This document shows positions 1 through 10,359 of a stretch of DNA of 64,000 bases, one piece after another. This stretch comes from Bacteroidia bacterium. GTDB lineage: Bacteria > Bacteroidota > Bacteroidia > Flavobacteriales_D > JAUILH01. A program made the translations under genes and the position numbers. Each line of letters starts with the position of its first letter. Position 1 is the stretch's first letter. The notes under the pieces were generated by a model. It was not told the origin of the DNA and did not search any database. It saw only the letters and a list, made by a program, of their open reading frames with translations. Location: contig JAUILH010000003.1 of NCBI GenBank assembly GCA_030433115.1, forward strand, positions 1,746 to 65,745, given 5' to 3'.

Positions 1-2
1 CC

Positions 3-2105
3 CCATCCTCCGGAACAATTATTACTGGTACTACCACCGTAACCATGACTGTAACTGATGTCAATGGGAATACGAATAACTGTACATTTGATGTGATCCC
101 TGAAGATCAAACCGATCCGGTTGCCGTTTGCCAGAACATCACTGTAACGCTAGACAATACGGGTAATGCCTCTATCGTTGCCAGTGCACTTGACAACGGT
201 TCAACAGATAATTGCAGCGGTGTAACTTTTTCGGCTTCTCAAACCACATTTACATGTGCAGATTTAGTTCCAGGGACTGACATGGGATCAGTTTCTGTAG
301 ATCTTACCGTTCAAGATGCTGCAGGGAATACAGACCAATGCACTGCCACGGTTACAGTAGACGGATCTTCAGTTTCCTCAGTGAATGCGGGAACAGATCA
401 GTCTTTGTGCGAAGGCACTCCTGCAAACTTATCCGGAACCATGACTGGTCCTAACACAATCGGTTGGATTACAAGTAATGGAACCGGAGGGTTCTCAACA
501 CCTACTTCACTCAACACTGATTACACACCAGGAGGGGGTGAAACAGGCGTAATCACTATTGTGTTACAAGCCACTGGAAGTTGCCCAACTGTGAGTGACA
601 CAGTGGAAATCGATTACCTTGAAGCGCCTTCATTCACGTTCTCCACAACAGATGAAAACTGTGGCTCGTCCGATGGCACCATTACTGTTACAGCTTCAGG
701 TGCGTCTGGCTCCTATCAATATTCTTATGACGGTGGCGCAAGCTGGGTTGCCAATTCCACTGAAACGGGTCTAAGTGCCGGGAACTATGATGTTATCGTA
801 AGAGACCTCACAAGTCAGTGTGAATCTCCTCTGGAAACCGTTACGATTGGAAATATTCAAGGGGTTACCTGGGACCAAGTCAATAAAACGGACATCACAT
901 GTAATGGCTTGACTGACGGTATGGTAGAAGGAACAACGCTTAATCCACTATATCCACATAACTATATTTTAAATCCAACAGGAACCACACAGACTAGCGA
1001 CAGTCTTTTTACCGGGCTGAGCGATGGGATTTATGATTTTATTGTTGTGGCTGCTAACGGATGCAGCGATACTGTTCAGATTACTATTAACGAACCCGGT
1101 CCTATCAACATCACAGCAACGGTCACGGATTATTGCTTACCACAATTTGGGGAAATAGATGCGGCTGCAAACGGGGGTACTTCTCCTTACCAGTTCTCAA
1201 TAGACAATATCAACTTCTTGTCAAGTTCGGTATTCGACACCCTTTTGCCATCCAGCAACACCATATATGTTCAGGATGACAATGGTTGTACAAATAATGC
1301 CAGTTTTACGGTAAACGGTACCATCTTACCTCTTCCGAGCCTCAACCTGGCAGCCAGCTATTGTGAAGGCAGCGCCTATCTGGCAACAGCAAATACAAGC
1401 GTAGGAGCCGACTCTTTATTTTGGTCAAACGACCAAATAACAACAGACTTCCTTCAAGGGACTAGTGTCAACCTATGGCCTTATCTGGCAGATGGTGATT
1501 CAGTTTTCATTGCTTATCAGGAAAACGGATGTTTTTCATTACCAGTAGGCGGAGAAATTAGCTTGGTAGCGAGCACTTTAGATGTAGGACCTGACCTTAT
1601 TATTTGCCCCGGAGACAGTGCTCTACTAGCAGCAACTCATGGGACGGGAACTTTTACCTGGTTATCTGCCAATGTTACCGATCCAAGCAACCCTAATTCA
1701 AGTGTTTCGGCAAATACCGACACTTACGTCCTCGCCAGTTTGCAGAGCGGTGCATGTACATTCACCGACTCTGTTTTTGTAGATGTGGATGACACCAACC
1801 CGGATTGTGGCATGGCTGTAGCCAACGCCTTCTCACCAGATGGTGATGGTATAAACGATACCTGGATCATTGAAGCGGTGATGGACAACCCAGTGAATGA
1901 GGTGTACATATACAATCGTTGGGGAGACCAACTGGAGCATTTTACGAACTATGACAACAACACTGTGGTATGGAACCCCGGTGCATCTGGTGCAGCAACT
2001 AATGGAGGTAGCAGAGCACCTGTGACCAACGGTACGTACTTCTATGTCATTGAGTTCCCGGACACCGGATTGAGTTTGACTGGTTGGGTTCAGGTAACCA
2101 GATAA
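3..2105 (+). CDS. T9SS type B (gliding motility-associated C-terminal domain) surface protein with HYR-like/SprB-like repeats; 5' end lies outside the window
   Basis: Frame is open from base 3 (PSSGTIITGTTTVTM...). Repeats such as GGTSPYQFSID and GLSAGNYDVIVRD. C-terminal NAFSPDGDGINDTW...IYNRWG...GTYFYVI is the type B CTD signature. Confidence 0.9.
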   Translation, partial: PSSGTIITGTTTVTMTVTDVNGNTNNCTFDVIPEDQTDPVAVCQNITVTLDNTGNASIVASALDNGSTDNCSGVTFSASQTTFTCADLVPGTDMGSVSVDLTVQDAAGNTDQCTATVTVDGSSVSSVNAGTDQSLCEGTPANLSGTMTGPNTIGWITSNGTGGFSTPTSLNTDYTPGGGETGVITIVLQATGSCPTVSDTVEIDYLEAPSFTFSTTDENCGSSDGTITVTASGASGSYQYSYDGGASWVANSTETGLSAGNYDVIVRDLTSQCESPLETVTIGNIQGVTWDQVNKTDITCNGLTDGMVEGTTLNPLYPHNYILNPTGTTQTSDSLFTGLSDGIYDFIVVAANGCSDTVQITINEPGPINITATVTDYCLPQFGEIDAAANGGTSPYQFSIDNINFLSSSVFDTLLPSSNTIYVQDDNGCTNNASFTVNGTILPLPSLNLAASYCEGSAYLATANTSVGADSLFWSNDQITTDFLQGTSVNLWPYLADGDSVFIAYQENGCFSLPVGGEISLVASTLDVGPDLIICPGDSALLAATHGTGTFTWLSANVTDPSNPNSSVSANTDTYVLASLQSGACTFTDSVFVDVDDTNPDCGMAVANAFSPDGDGINDTWIIEAVMDNPVNEVYIYNRWGDQLEHFTNYDNNTVVWNPGASGAATNGGSRAPVTNGTYFYVIEFPDTGLSLTGWVQVTR

Positions 2106-3491
2106 CTATTCTAATTGCTTGTTGAGCTCTTTTTTCAGCCAAAGTAGGGGTAAAATATCACTGTGCCTGATCGATTTGTCTCTAACAAAATCTGAGACCT
2201 TATTTGACAATTTCTTGAGCTGCTTACTGTTGGGATATCTGAGTAAAGCATTCATACTTTGAGCGCAAAATACGTAACTCCGAAACTGACTTTTAGACTG
2301 AACGGATTGTATTAAATTTTGATTTTCCCGTTCGCAGGAATCCAGGTCCGATTTCAAATAATAGTAAATCGCCCAAACAAGTCTGGCATATAAATAGTCA
2401 TCGTGAGAGCCTTGTTTTAAATTCTGCGGCAACATCTCTTTCGCTGACTTCAAGTCACCCAAACTTAGGTAGTTCATGGCACACAAAAGCTGGGCCTTGA
2501 CTCGAGTTGATGCAAGCCGCTCCATCTTTCTGTAATAAAGCCTAAAAATAACATCCGCTTGCACATGCTTCTGAGATTTAACCAGTGCACTCACGTAGTT
2601 AAACATTACCAGCACCTCCTTGTTTTTGGGGAGGTCATAGGTTTTTATCAAATTTTCATAAAGGCCAACCGATTTGTCGTAAGAGCGATTAAAAAAGTAT
2701 TGCAGGCTCAAATTATTCGTGATAACGATATGCTCATCACGCTTAAGCTCAGGATTCATTGATGCTTTTTTCAAATACTCCAAGGCCAAATTGAGGTATT
2801 TTATTTTGTCCTGATCTGATAAGCTTTTTGCCTTGTACCAATAATATTGACTGGCGCTTGACTGCGTCTCATCAAAGGGCATCTGCTCAATGTGGTTTTC
2901 CTCATCAATACCCATTCTAAAAAAACCTTCATTGATAAACGCCTGAAAAACACCAAGCCGCCTATTTTGCAATAAATAATCTTCCTCAGAATAGGTGTTC
3001 CACTCGTGAAGCAGTTCATTTAAATAGACAAAATCTTCTTGAGATCCTCTCAATTGATTTCGATAAAAGTTGTTAATTGATAAACCCGCTAGCTCTTTCA
3101 GTAAATAGAGGTCGCCATTCTGTGCCAGAGACTTTTTAAGCTTTCGGGCCTCCTTGTCAAACATGGTGTCTAGTTTATGTTGACTCAAGAACTTCAGGAA
3201 ATTGATCTGGTGTTCTTGCGCAGATAGTTGCCTTGTTGACAAAAAATTCACCAAAGCGCGTTTGAGCAACCTCTGTTCATTTCTCAAGAGATAGTCTTTT
3301 GAGACGTCATATACCTCACCATAAACCGATCTGAAAAGATGGGTTTTATCTATTGGTTGACTAGTATTATAACTTAGGTATGAAAACAAGCCATTTAGGC
3401 GCTCATTCTTCTTATTTTTTATCACATTTCTAAAATCAGATTTCTCTTTATTACTTAATAAACGGACTATTTTTACTAAATCTGAAATCAT
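2106..3491 (-). CDS. Uncharacterised ~461-aa helical cytoplasmic protein (possible N-terminal winged helix plus TPR-like repeats)
   Basis: Long ORF with no signal peptide; ATG at 3491 preferred over TTG at 3512. TPR-like segments such as NNLSLQYFFNRSYDKSVGLYENLIK. Confidence 0.65.
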   Translation of the reverse strand: MISDLVKIVRLLSNKEKSDFRNVIKNKKNERLNGLFSYLSYNTSQPIDKTHLFRSVYGEVYDVSKDYLLRNEQRLLKRALVNFLSTRQLSAQEHQINFLKFLSQHKLDTMFDKEARKLKKSLAQNGDLYLLKELAGLSINNFYRNQLRGSQEDFVYLNELLHEWNTYSEEDYLLQNRRLGVFQAFINEGFFRMGIDEENHIEQMPFDETQSSASQYYWYKAKSLSDQDKIKYLNLALEYLKKASMNPELKRDEHIVITNNLSLQYFFNRSYDKSVGLYENLIKTYDLPKNKEVLVMFNYVSALVKSQKHVQADVIFRLYYRKMERLASTRVKAQLLCAMNYLSLGDLKSAKEMLPQNLKQGSHDDYLYARLVWAIYYYLKSDLDSCERENQNLIQSVQSKSQFRSYVFCAQSMNALLRYPNSKQLKKLSNKVSDFVRDKSIRHSDILPLLWLKKELNKQLE

Positions 3492-3575
3492 AATTCTATC
3501 ACAAAAATACAAATTTCATATTCATTTATGAATGCGGCTACTCTAGTTTTGCTTCAAACTAAAAACACACACAAT

Positions 3576-4238
3576 ATGAAACTAAGTGTATTGACCATCT
3601 TATTTATTGGCCTTTGCGCATTTAAAAGCGTTCGCACCGACAAACCGTCATACGCATTCGATACCAGTATGGAGGTGAAAGTTGACTCTTATAAGAAGAA
3701 TGGCAATTTAGACCACTCTCAAACCGTCATGCTGTATACCAACACTAAAAATGATGGCAGTTATTTTGGAATGGAAGTGGATGCCGAAGGTGCGAGTGGA
3801 TTTATGGTTTATGACAATTCACTTCAAAAGATGATTACCCTGGTGGACATGGGTGCTATGAAAACCGCTATGGGCATCAAAATTAAACCTGAGAAATCAA
3901 AAGGCGAAGAAGAAGCACCGCTTAAATTTGAAAAAACCGGACAAACGAAAACGGTCAATGGATTCAGTTGTGACGAATACAAAGCCACAAAGGATGGAGA
4001 AACGCACTACTACTACTCTACTCAGGAAACAGAAAAGGGGCTATTCAAGTTCTTCCTTAATATGTATGGACAAAGAAATAAGCAAAGTTATGCCCAAAAC
4101 ATGCCAGAAGGCACAGTGCTTCAGATTGTCAATATCGATGACAAATCGCGAAAAACGGAAATGACCGTAATGGGCGTCAAAGAGAATATTGAAAAAACCG
4201 TTAACCTATCCGATTACAAAACCATGGGAATCAAGTAA
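3576..4238 (+). CDS. DUF4412/GLPGLI-like exported protein
   Basis: Signal peptide MKLSVLTILFIGLCA; KTGQTKTVNGFSCDEY matches the family 'tG.tktI.Gy.C.eY' motif. Confidence 0.75.
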   Translation: MKLSVLTILFIGLCAFKSVRTDKPSYAFDTSMEVKVDSYKKNGNLDHSQTVMLYTNTKNDGSYFGMEVDAEGASGFMVYDNSLQKMITLVDMGAMKTAMGIKIKPEKSKGEEEAPLKFEKTGQTKTVNGFSCDEYKATKDGETHYYYSTQETEKGLFKFFLNMYGQRNKQSYAQNMPEGTVLQIVNIDDKSRKTEMTVMGVKENIEKTVNLSDYKTMGIK

Positions 4239-4264
4239 AACCAAACTGCACTACCTTGGTTGAG

Positions 4265-4297
4265 AACGGGTGTCATGTTTATGGCACCCGTTTTTTT
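4265..4297 (+). terminator. Rho-independent terminator
   Basis: AACGGGTGTCAT-gttt-ATGGCACCCGTT hairpin followed by a T run, downstream of the stop at 4238. Confidence 0.85.
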
Positions 4298-4399
4298 GAC
4301 CCCTAAAAAACCTATAGCAAGGTTATATCCCATGATTAACCATTAATTCTCCATGAATCAATACCACAAAAATGGTATATTTGTGCCCCAAAATGATTT

Positions 4400-4420
4400 T
4401 ATTTAGAACAATTCTAAATA
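4400..4420. promoter_or_regulatory. 9-3-9 inverted repeat; candidate iron/Fe-S-responsive operator of the suf operon
   Basis: TATTTAGAA-caa-TTCTAAATA is a perfect inverted repeat 26 nt upstream of sufA, between two TAnnTTTG elements (4376-4383 and 4419-4426). Confidence 0.75.
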
Positions 4421-4446
4421 GATTTGCGTTGTAAAACGAGAAAAGC

Positions 4447-4770
4447 ATGATTAAAGTAACCGACAATGCGAAACAGGAAGCCTTGAAGCTCATGGCTAAT
4501 GATGGCAAAGACAACCATTTTATTCGAGTGGGTGTTCAGGGTGGAGGATGCTCTGGCTTAATGTATAATTTGGAGTTTGACAATCAGCTGGGTGCGGACG
4601 ACAAGTCTTTTGAAGACAATGGCATTCAGGTGGTAGTTGACAAAAAGAGTTTTTTGTATTTGGTGGGAACTGAACTTGATTTTCAGGGTGGATTAAACGG
4701 AAAGGGGTTTGTATTCCACAATCCAAATGCAGGCAGAACCTGTGGCTGTGGAGAAAGTTTTTCATTATAA
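4447..4770 (+). CDS. sufA: A-type Fe-S cluster carrier (HesB/IscA/SufA)
   Basis: GGGCSG and TCGCGESF motifs; first gene of the suf operon. Confidence 0.93.
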   Translation: MIKVTDNAKQEALKLMANDGKDNHFIRVGVQGGGCSGLMYNLEFDNQLGADDKSFEDNGIQVVVDKKSFLYLVGTELDFQGGLNGKGFVFHNPNAGRTCGCGESFSL

Positions 4771-4779
4771 GGAGAAGCA

Positions 4780-6225
4780 ATGGGATATACTGAAGAAGAT
4801 TTAAAGGAAGACCTAAAAGGCAAAGAATATGAGTTTGGGTTTGTTACTGAGATTGAGAGTGACAAAGCACCCAAAGGTTTAAATGAAGACATCATTCGTT
4901 TAATTTCTGAAAAGAAAAATGAACCGGAATGGCTGCTCGAATTTAGACTAAACGCCTTTGAGCATTGGCAAACTATGACTGAGCCAGAGTGGGCTCACGT
5001 AAAGTATCCAAAGCCCGATTTTCAGGATTTGCATTACTATGCGGCTCCAAAACAAAAAAAGCAAGTCGAAAGTTTGGATGAAATAGACCCTGAATTGAGA
5101 AAAACGATGGACAAATTGGGCATCTCTATTGAAGAACAGAAAAGATTGTCGGGTGTGGCAGTAGATTTTGTAATGGACTCTGTTTCTGTGGCCACATCAT
5201 TTAAAGATAAATTAGCCGAGTTGGGCATCATCTTTTGTTCATTCTCGGAGGCCGTTCAGGAGCACCCTGAGTTAGTCAGAAAGCATATGGGAACTGTGGT
5301 GCCTTCTACAGATAATTTTTATGCAGCCCTCAATTCTGCTGTATTTACCGATGGTTCATTTTGCTATATCCCAAAAGGTGTAAAATGTCCCATGGAGCTC
5401 TCTACCTACTTCCGAATCAATGAAGCCAATACGGGACAGTTTGAAAGAACTTTGGTTGTGGCGGACGAAGGCAGTTATGTCAGTTATCTTGAAGGATGTA
5501 CTGCACCCATGAGGGATGAAAATCAATTACATGCGGCCGTGGTAGAACTCATTGCTTTAGATGACGCAGAGATCAAGTACTCTACGGTTCAAAACTGGTA
5601 TCCGGGCGATGAAAATGGCAAGGGTGGAATTTACAATTTTGTAACTAAAAGAGGTATTTGTGAACGCAATGCCAAAATCAGTTGGACACAAGTAGAAACA
5701 GGCTCTGCGGTAACATGGAAATACCCGTCATGCATCCTCAAAGGAGACAACTCTGTGGGAGAATTTTATTCTGTGGCTGTTACGAACAACTATCAGCAAG
5801 CAGACACTGGCACTAAAATGATTCATATCGGTAAGAACACCAATAGTACCATCATTTCAAAGGGAATTTCGGCGGGAAAAAGCCAGAATTCTTACCGTGG
5901 ATTGGTCAAAATCAACAAAAACGCAGCCAATGCCAGAAACTTCTCGCAATGCGACTCATTGCTCATGACTGATACCTCAGGAGCGCACACGTTCCCATAT
6001 ATAGAGATCGAAAACAGCACAGCAAAAGTGGAACATGAAGCCACAACTTCTAAGATTGGTGAAGACCAAATTTTCTATTGCCTGCAAAGAGGAATTGATG
6101 AGGAAAAAGCGATTAGTTTAATTGTGAATGGTTACGCAAAGGAAGTATTGAATAAACTTCCTATGGAGTTTGCCGTAGAGGCTCAAAAATTATTAGCCAT
6201 TTCATTGGAAGGAAGCGTGGGATAA
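4780..6225 (+). CDS. sufB: Fe-S cluster assembly protein SufB
   Basis: [54 protein letters not shown]-terminus. Confidence 0.98.
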   Translation: MGYTEEDLKEDLKGKEYEFGFVTEIESDKAPKGLNEDIIRLISEKKNEPEWLLEFRLNAFEHWQTMTEPEWAHVKYPKPDFQDLHYYAAPKQKKQVESLDEIDPELRKTMDKLGISIEEQKRLSGVAVDFVMDSVSVATSFKDKLAELGIIFCSFSEAVQEHPELVRKHMGTVVPSTDNFYAALNSAVFTDGSFCYIPKGVKCPMELSTYFRINEANTGQFERTLVVADEGSYVSYLEGCTAPMRDENQLHAAVVELIALDDAEIKYSTVQNWYPGDENGKGGIYNFVTKRGICERNAKISWTQVETGSAVTWKYPSCILKGDNSVGEFYSVAVTNNYQQADTGTKMIHIGKNTNSTIISKGISAGKSQNSYRGLVKINKNAANARNFSQCDSLLMTDTSGAHTFPYIEIENSTAKVEHEATTSKIGEDQIFYCLQRGIDEEKAISLIVNGYAKEVLNKLPMEFAVEAQKLLAISLEGSVG

Positions 6226-6662
6226 TGAGATATTTAGCATACATACTAGGCTTGGCGCTGACAATAAGTTCTTGCGGTTCAGATGAAAATGAAGATGAAG
6301 CTCCAAAAAAAGCCAAAATTGAGGAATCTGGTGGTCCCTGCGAATACGTAGACATGCCAGGCAAAGTTATCACCATAGAATACTATGAGGATTTGGGGAT
6401 CATTAAAGGACGGTTTTCAGCAAACGATCCCGAACATGAAAAGATGTTACAAAACTCATACACTAATGACACCATTTTCTATTACGCGCAAGCCGGAGAT
6501 AAAACCGAAACTGGCTCCGGAATTAGAGTAAGTATGACCGTAATGGTAAGCGGTTCTTGCCAACCCTATCCGTATCAAATTGAAACCAATGATGGCACGC
6601 AAAGGCTTCTGGTAAGTACCGACAGTTTAAATAATTCAACGACCGATTTAAAAGACAAGTAA
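6225..6662 (+). CDS. Hypothetical lipoprotein inserted in the suf operon
   Basis: Lipobox (LTISSC) followed by an acidic stretch; TAATG stop/start overlap with sufB. Confidence 0.75.
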   Translation: MRYLAYILGLALTISSCGSDENEDEAPKKAKIEESGGPCEYVDMPGKVITIEYYEDLGIIKGRFSANDPEHEKMLQNSYTNDTIFYYAQAGDKTETGSGIRVSMTVMVSGSCQPYPYQIETNDGTQRLLVSTDSLNNSTTDLKDK

Positions 6663-6666
6663 AGCT

Positions 6667-7419
6667 ATGATAAGTATTAACGATTTGAAGGCAGAGATTG
6701 ATGGAAAGGAAATACTAAGAGGCATCAATTTAGACGTGAAAGCTGGTGAAGTACACGCCATCATGGGACCAAATGGTTCCGGGAAAAGTACGCTGGCATC
6801 AGTTTTAGCGGGGAGAGAAGATTATGAGGTTACCGGCGGAACCGTAGATTTTGATGGAGAAGATCTTTTGGATATGGATCCCGAAGAACGTGCCAGAGAA
6901 GGTCTGTTCCTTGCCTTCCAATACCCAGTTGAAATCCCGGGAGTGAGTAACATGAATTTCCTGAAAGCTGCCTTAGAGGAAGTGCATGCACATAAGAATC
7001 TGGATCCCTTGTCCGCCAAAGATTTTCTGGCCAGAGTGAGAGAGAAAAGTGCACTGGTTGAATTGGATTCCAAATTAACCAATCGGTCTGTCAATGAAGG
7101 GTTTTCAGGTGGTGAGAAAAAAAGAAACGAAATATTTCAAATGGCTATGTTAGAGCCAAAACTGGCCATTCTTGATGAGACAGACAGCGGCTTGGACATT
7201 GACGCATTGAGAATTGTAGCCAACGGTGTTAACAAACTCAAATCCGAAAAAAATGCCACAATTGTGGTTACACACTACCAAAGACTTTTGGACTATATCG
7301 TACCAGATTACGTTCATGTATTATACAACGGGAGAATTGTGAAATCAGGCACAAAAGAGTTGGCACTCGAGCTTGAAGAAAAAGGCTACGATTGGATCAA
7401 ACAAGAAGTAGACGTATAA
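6667..7419 (+). CDS. sufC: Fe-S cluster assembly ATPase SufC
   Basis: GPNGSGKST, FQYPVEIPG, NEGFSGGEKKRNE, LDETDSGLDIDAL. Confidence 0.98.
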   Translation: MISINDLKAEIDGKEILRGINLDVKAGEVHAIMGPNGSGKSTLASVLAGREDYEVTGGTVDFDGEDLLDMDPEERAREGLFLAFQYPVEIPGVSNMNFLKAALEEVHAHKNLDPLSAKDFLARVREKSALVELDSKLTNRSVNEGFSGGEKKRNEIFQMAMLEPKLAILDETDSGLDIDALRIVANGVNKLKSEKNATIVVTHYQRLLDYIVPDYVHVLYNGRIVKSGTKELALELEEKGYDWIKQEVDV

Positions 7420-7422
7420 ATT

Positions 7423-8658
7423 ATGGCAACAATACAAGATTTCATTTCGGCGTTTAAGCCTCAGGAAAACCATACAGCTGTTAGGGAAGCTGCTATGGGG
7501 CAATTGTCTGGCATGACATTTCCGAATCGTAAAACAGAAGCCTGGAAATATACGCGAGTGGCTCAATTGGTCAAATCATCCTTCAAGGATAATTCAGGCT
7601 TAACACCTGCTGCCTCCAATTACAAAATTCCTGAGTTGGATTGCCATCAATTGGTGTTCGTGAATGGTCAATTGGAATCAAACCTTTCTAATTTCTCCGA
7701 CCAGGAAGGGGTCTCAATCAATCATTTAAGCGATCAGTCTGTTGAATTAAATGGTGCCCTGGATATTAATCATAATGTTTTTACGGCCATTAACCAGGCC
7801 TTGTTCACTGATGGTTTATTCCTAAATGTCCAAAAGAATGTGAGTGCACAAAAACCAATTCATGTGGTTCATATTTCTATGGGAGAGAACTCAGGCAATC
7901 AACTAAGACATGTGATCAATATAGCTGAAGGGGCTTCTGCAGAACTTATTTTCTCTTATTTAAGTGAAGATGAACACAGCCAATTCAACAACATGGTTTT
8001 TGAGGCTCAAATTGGTGCAAATGCTGACCTCAAGGTCATCAAGCTTCAGAGCGAAAATGGTGCTTCCTTTCATATTGGTAAGGATAATGTCCAACAAGAC
8101 AAAGACAGCCGTTTCAGCATCAACACACTTTGTTTGGGTGGTAAAATGATTAGAAATGATTTGGAAATTTCTGTCAATGGCTCTAATTGTGAAACCGTTT
8201 TGAATGGTGCCTACGTATGCAATGCAAATCAACATGTAGACAACCATACAGTGGTTGATCATAAAGTGCCAGATTGTTACTCAAACGAATTGTACAAAGG
8301 TATTTTGGCAGACCAATCGACAGGGGTTTTCAACGGCAAAGTTTTCGTGAGACCTGATGCCCAAAGAATCAACGCATTTCAGAGCAACGGCAACATTCTA
8401 TTGAGTGATGAAGCCACCATAAATACCAAACCGGAATTGGAAATTTATGCGGATGATGTGAAGTGTAGTCATGGCACAACTACAGGACAGTTAGATAAAG
8501 ACGCCATCTTCTACCTCCGTGCTCGTGGACTATCAGAACAATCTGCAAAGAAGCTTTTGGTAAGGGCCTTTGCTGGCGAAACTGTTGAGAATATTTCCAA
8601 TGAAACACTTAGAAATTGGGCCGCAAACTTGTTGGACGCTAAATTCGACACACTTTAA
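7423..8658 (+). CDS. sufD: Fe-S cluster assembly protein SufD
   Basis: EAWKYT, GVFNGKVFV, KPELEIYADDVKCSHG, FYLRARG. Confidence 0.97.
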   Translation: MATIQDFISAFKPQENHTAVREAAMGQLSGMTFPNRKTEAWKYTRVAQLVKSSFKDNSGLTPAASNYKIPELDCHQLVFVNGQLESNLSNFSDQEGVSINHLSDQSVELNGALDINHNVFTAINQALFTDGLFLNVQKNVSAQKPIHVVHISMGENSGNQLRHVINIAEGASAELIFSYLSEDEHSQFNNMVFEAQIGANADLKVIKLQSENGASFHIGKDNVQQDKDSRFSINTLCLGGKMIRNDLEISVNGSNCETVLNGAYVCNANQHVDNHTVVDHKVPDCYSNELYKGILADQSTGVFNGKVFVRPDAQRINAFQSNGNILLSDEATINTKPELEIYADDVKCSHGTTTGQLDKDAIFYLRARGLSEQSAKKLLVRAFAGETVENISNETLRNWAANLLDAKFDTL

Positions 8659-9876
8659 ATGGTGATCACCCCAAACATAGAGGTCATTCGCGAACAGTTC
8701 CCCATTTTGAAGCGGGAGGTAAATGGTAAACCACTGATTTATCTGGACAATGGAGCCAGCTCCCAAAAGCCATTGAGTGTTATCAAAGCTCTGGATGACT
8801 ATTACAGTCTGGACAATGCCAATATTCATAGAGGCGTGCATTACTTGAGCCAGGTGGCAACAGAAGCTTATGAAAAGGCTCGAAAAAAAGTACAAGGCTT
8901 TGTCAATGCCCAATTCGATCATGAGATTATTTTCACAAAAGGTACCACAGACAGCATCAACTTAATTGCTGCCACATTTCCTTTGAAATCAGGAGATGAG
9001 GTTCTGATAAGCGCCATGGAGCACCACAGCAATATTGTGCCCTGGCAAATTGCCTGTGAGAAGTCTGGCGCACAACTTAGAGTGATGCCCATCAACCACA
9101 AAGGTGAACTGATTCTGGATGAGGCGCTTGACATGATCAATGAACGCACTCAAATATTGGCCATAACGCATGTTTCAAATAGTTTAGGGACCATTAATCC
9201 TATCGAAAAATTGATTGCCAAAGCACGTGAAATGGCTTGCAAAACTTTGATTGATGGTGCGCAGGCCGTTCCCCACATGAAAGTGGACGTACAGGCTTTG
9301 GATTGCGATTTCTATGTATTCTCTTCTCACAAAATGTTTGGTCCAACGGGGGTTGGTATTTTATATGGAAAAGAGTCAGAATTGAATGCCTTACCTCCGT
9401 ATCAGGGAGGTGGCGACATGATTAAGACTGTGACTTTTGAGAAAACAACCTACAACGAATTACCGCATAAATTTGAAGCTGGCACACCACACATTGCTGG
9501 CGGAATTGGTCTGGGTGCAGCCGTTGACTTCATGACAGAAACAGGTTTTCAATTCATTGCAGAACAAGAAAAGAAACTTCTGAGTTACGCTACAGAACAA
9601 CTGCGATCCATCGATGGACTAAGAATTATTGGACAGGCTGAGCACAAAGCATCAGTCATTTCGTTTTTGGTAGACGGCACCCACCCTTACGATCTTGGGA
9701 TGATTTTGGACAAACTAGGTATCGCCATTAGAACGGGGCACCATTGTACACAACCACTCATGGACTTTTTCAACATTCCTGGAACGTGCAGAGCCAGTTT
9801 TGCGCTTTACAATTCACTTGAAGAAGTAGACCTTTTAGTTGAAGGCATTCAAAAGGCAGCTATGATGTTGCGCTAG
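8659..9876 (+). CDS. sufS: Cysteine desulfurase SufS
   Basis: YLDNGASSQKP, ANIHRGVH, SSHKMFGPTG (PLP lysine), RTGHHC. Confidence 0.97.
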   Translation: MVITPNIEVIREQFPILKREVNGKPLIYLDNGASSQKPLSVIKALDDYYSLDNANIHRGVHYLSQVATEAYEKARKKVQGFVNAQFDHEIIFTKGTTDSINLIAATFPLKSGDEVLISAMEHHSNIVPWQIACEKSGAQLRVMPINHKGELILDEALDMINERTQILAITHVSNSLGTINPIEKLIAKAREMACKTLIDGAQAVPHMKVDVQALDCDFYVFSSHKMFGPTGVGILYGKESELNALPPYQGGGDMIKTVTFEKTTYNELPHKFEAGTPHIAGGIGLGAAVDFMTETGFQFIAEQEKKLLSYATEQLRSIDGLRIIGQAEHKASVISFLVDGTHPYDLGMILDKLGIAIRTGHHCTQPLMDFFNIPGTCRASFALYNSLEEVDLLVEGIQKAAMMLR

Positions 9877-9898
9877 AAACACTCGGCTTTGAAACCAA

Positions 9899-10216
9899 CT
9901 ATTCCTGATCTAGCACCTTGTTATCCTCACTGATGGCATCAGGTTGACGCTTAAGAATCTGATAAGCTATTACGCATCCAATGGCCCCAACTCCCACGCT
10001 AATCAATACACCTTTGATCATGCCATCCATTTCGGATTTCACTTCAATGGTCCCATTCTCAACCAAATTTGGAAGTATCAGGAAGCCTACCAGCAGAACC
10101 GGGATATAATAACTTGCTGCTCCAATGAAACCCCAAAGTCCTTTACTTAATTTTTTCTCTTCAGCCTTTTTAGTGAACATCTTCACTACGGCTATCATAA
10201 TCAATATCTCAATCAT
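9899..10216 (-). CDS. Small hypothetical membrane protein
   Basis: 105-aa ORF with 2-3 hydrophobic segments that fills the gap between sufS and a terminator. Confidence 0.7.
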   Translation of the reverse strand: MIEILIMIAVVKMFTKKAEEKKLSKGLWGFIGAASYYIPVLLVGFLILPNLVENGTIEVKSEMDGMIKGVLISVGVGAIGCVIAYQILKRQPDAISEDNKVLDQE

Positions 10217-10299
10217 ATTAGACTTTTATATTAGCTTATTCTATTACCCGTACAAGATATAAATTTCGTTCTACTTTAATTCAACATACCTAAGAGCAT

Positions 10300-10334
10300 A
10301 AAAAAGCGGTGACCATCCGAAGACAATCACCGCT
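10300..10334 (-). terminator. Rho-independent terminator of the Omp28-like gene
   Basis: AGCGGTGA...TCACCGCT stem with an A run on + (U run on -), ~25 nt past the stop at 10360. Confidence 0.7.
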
Positions 10335-10359
10335 CAATAAGTGTTAAATCAAGCAGCTA

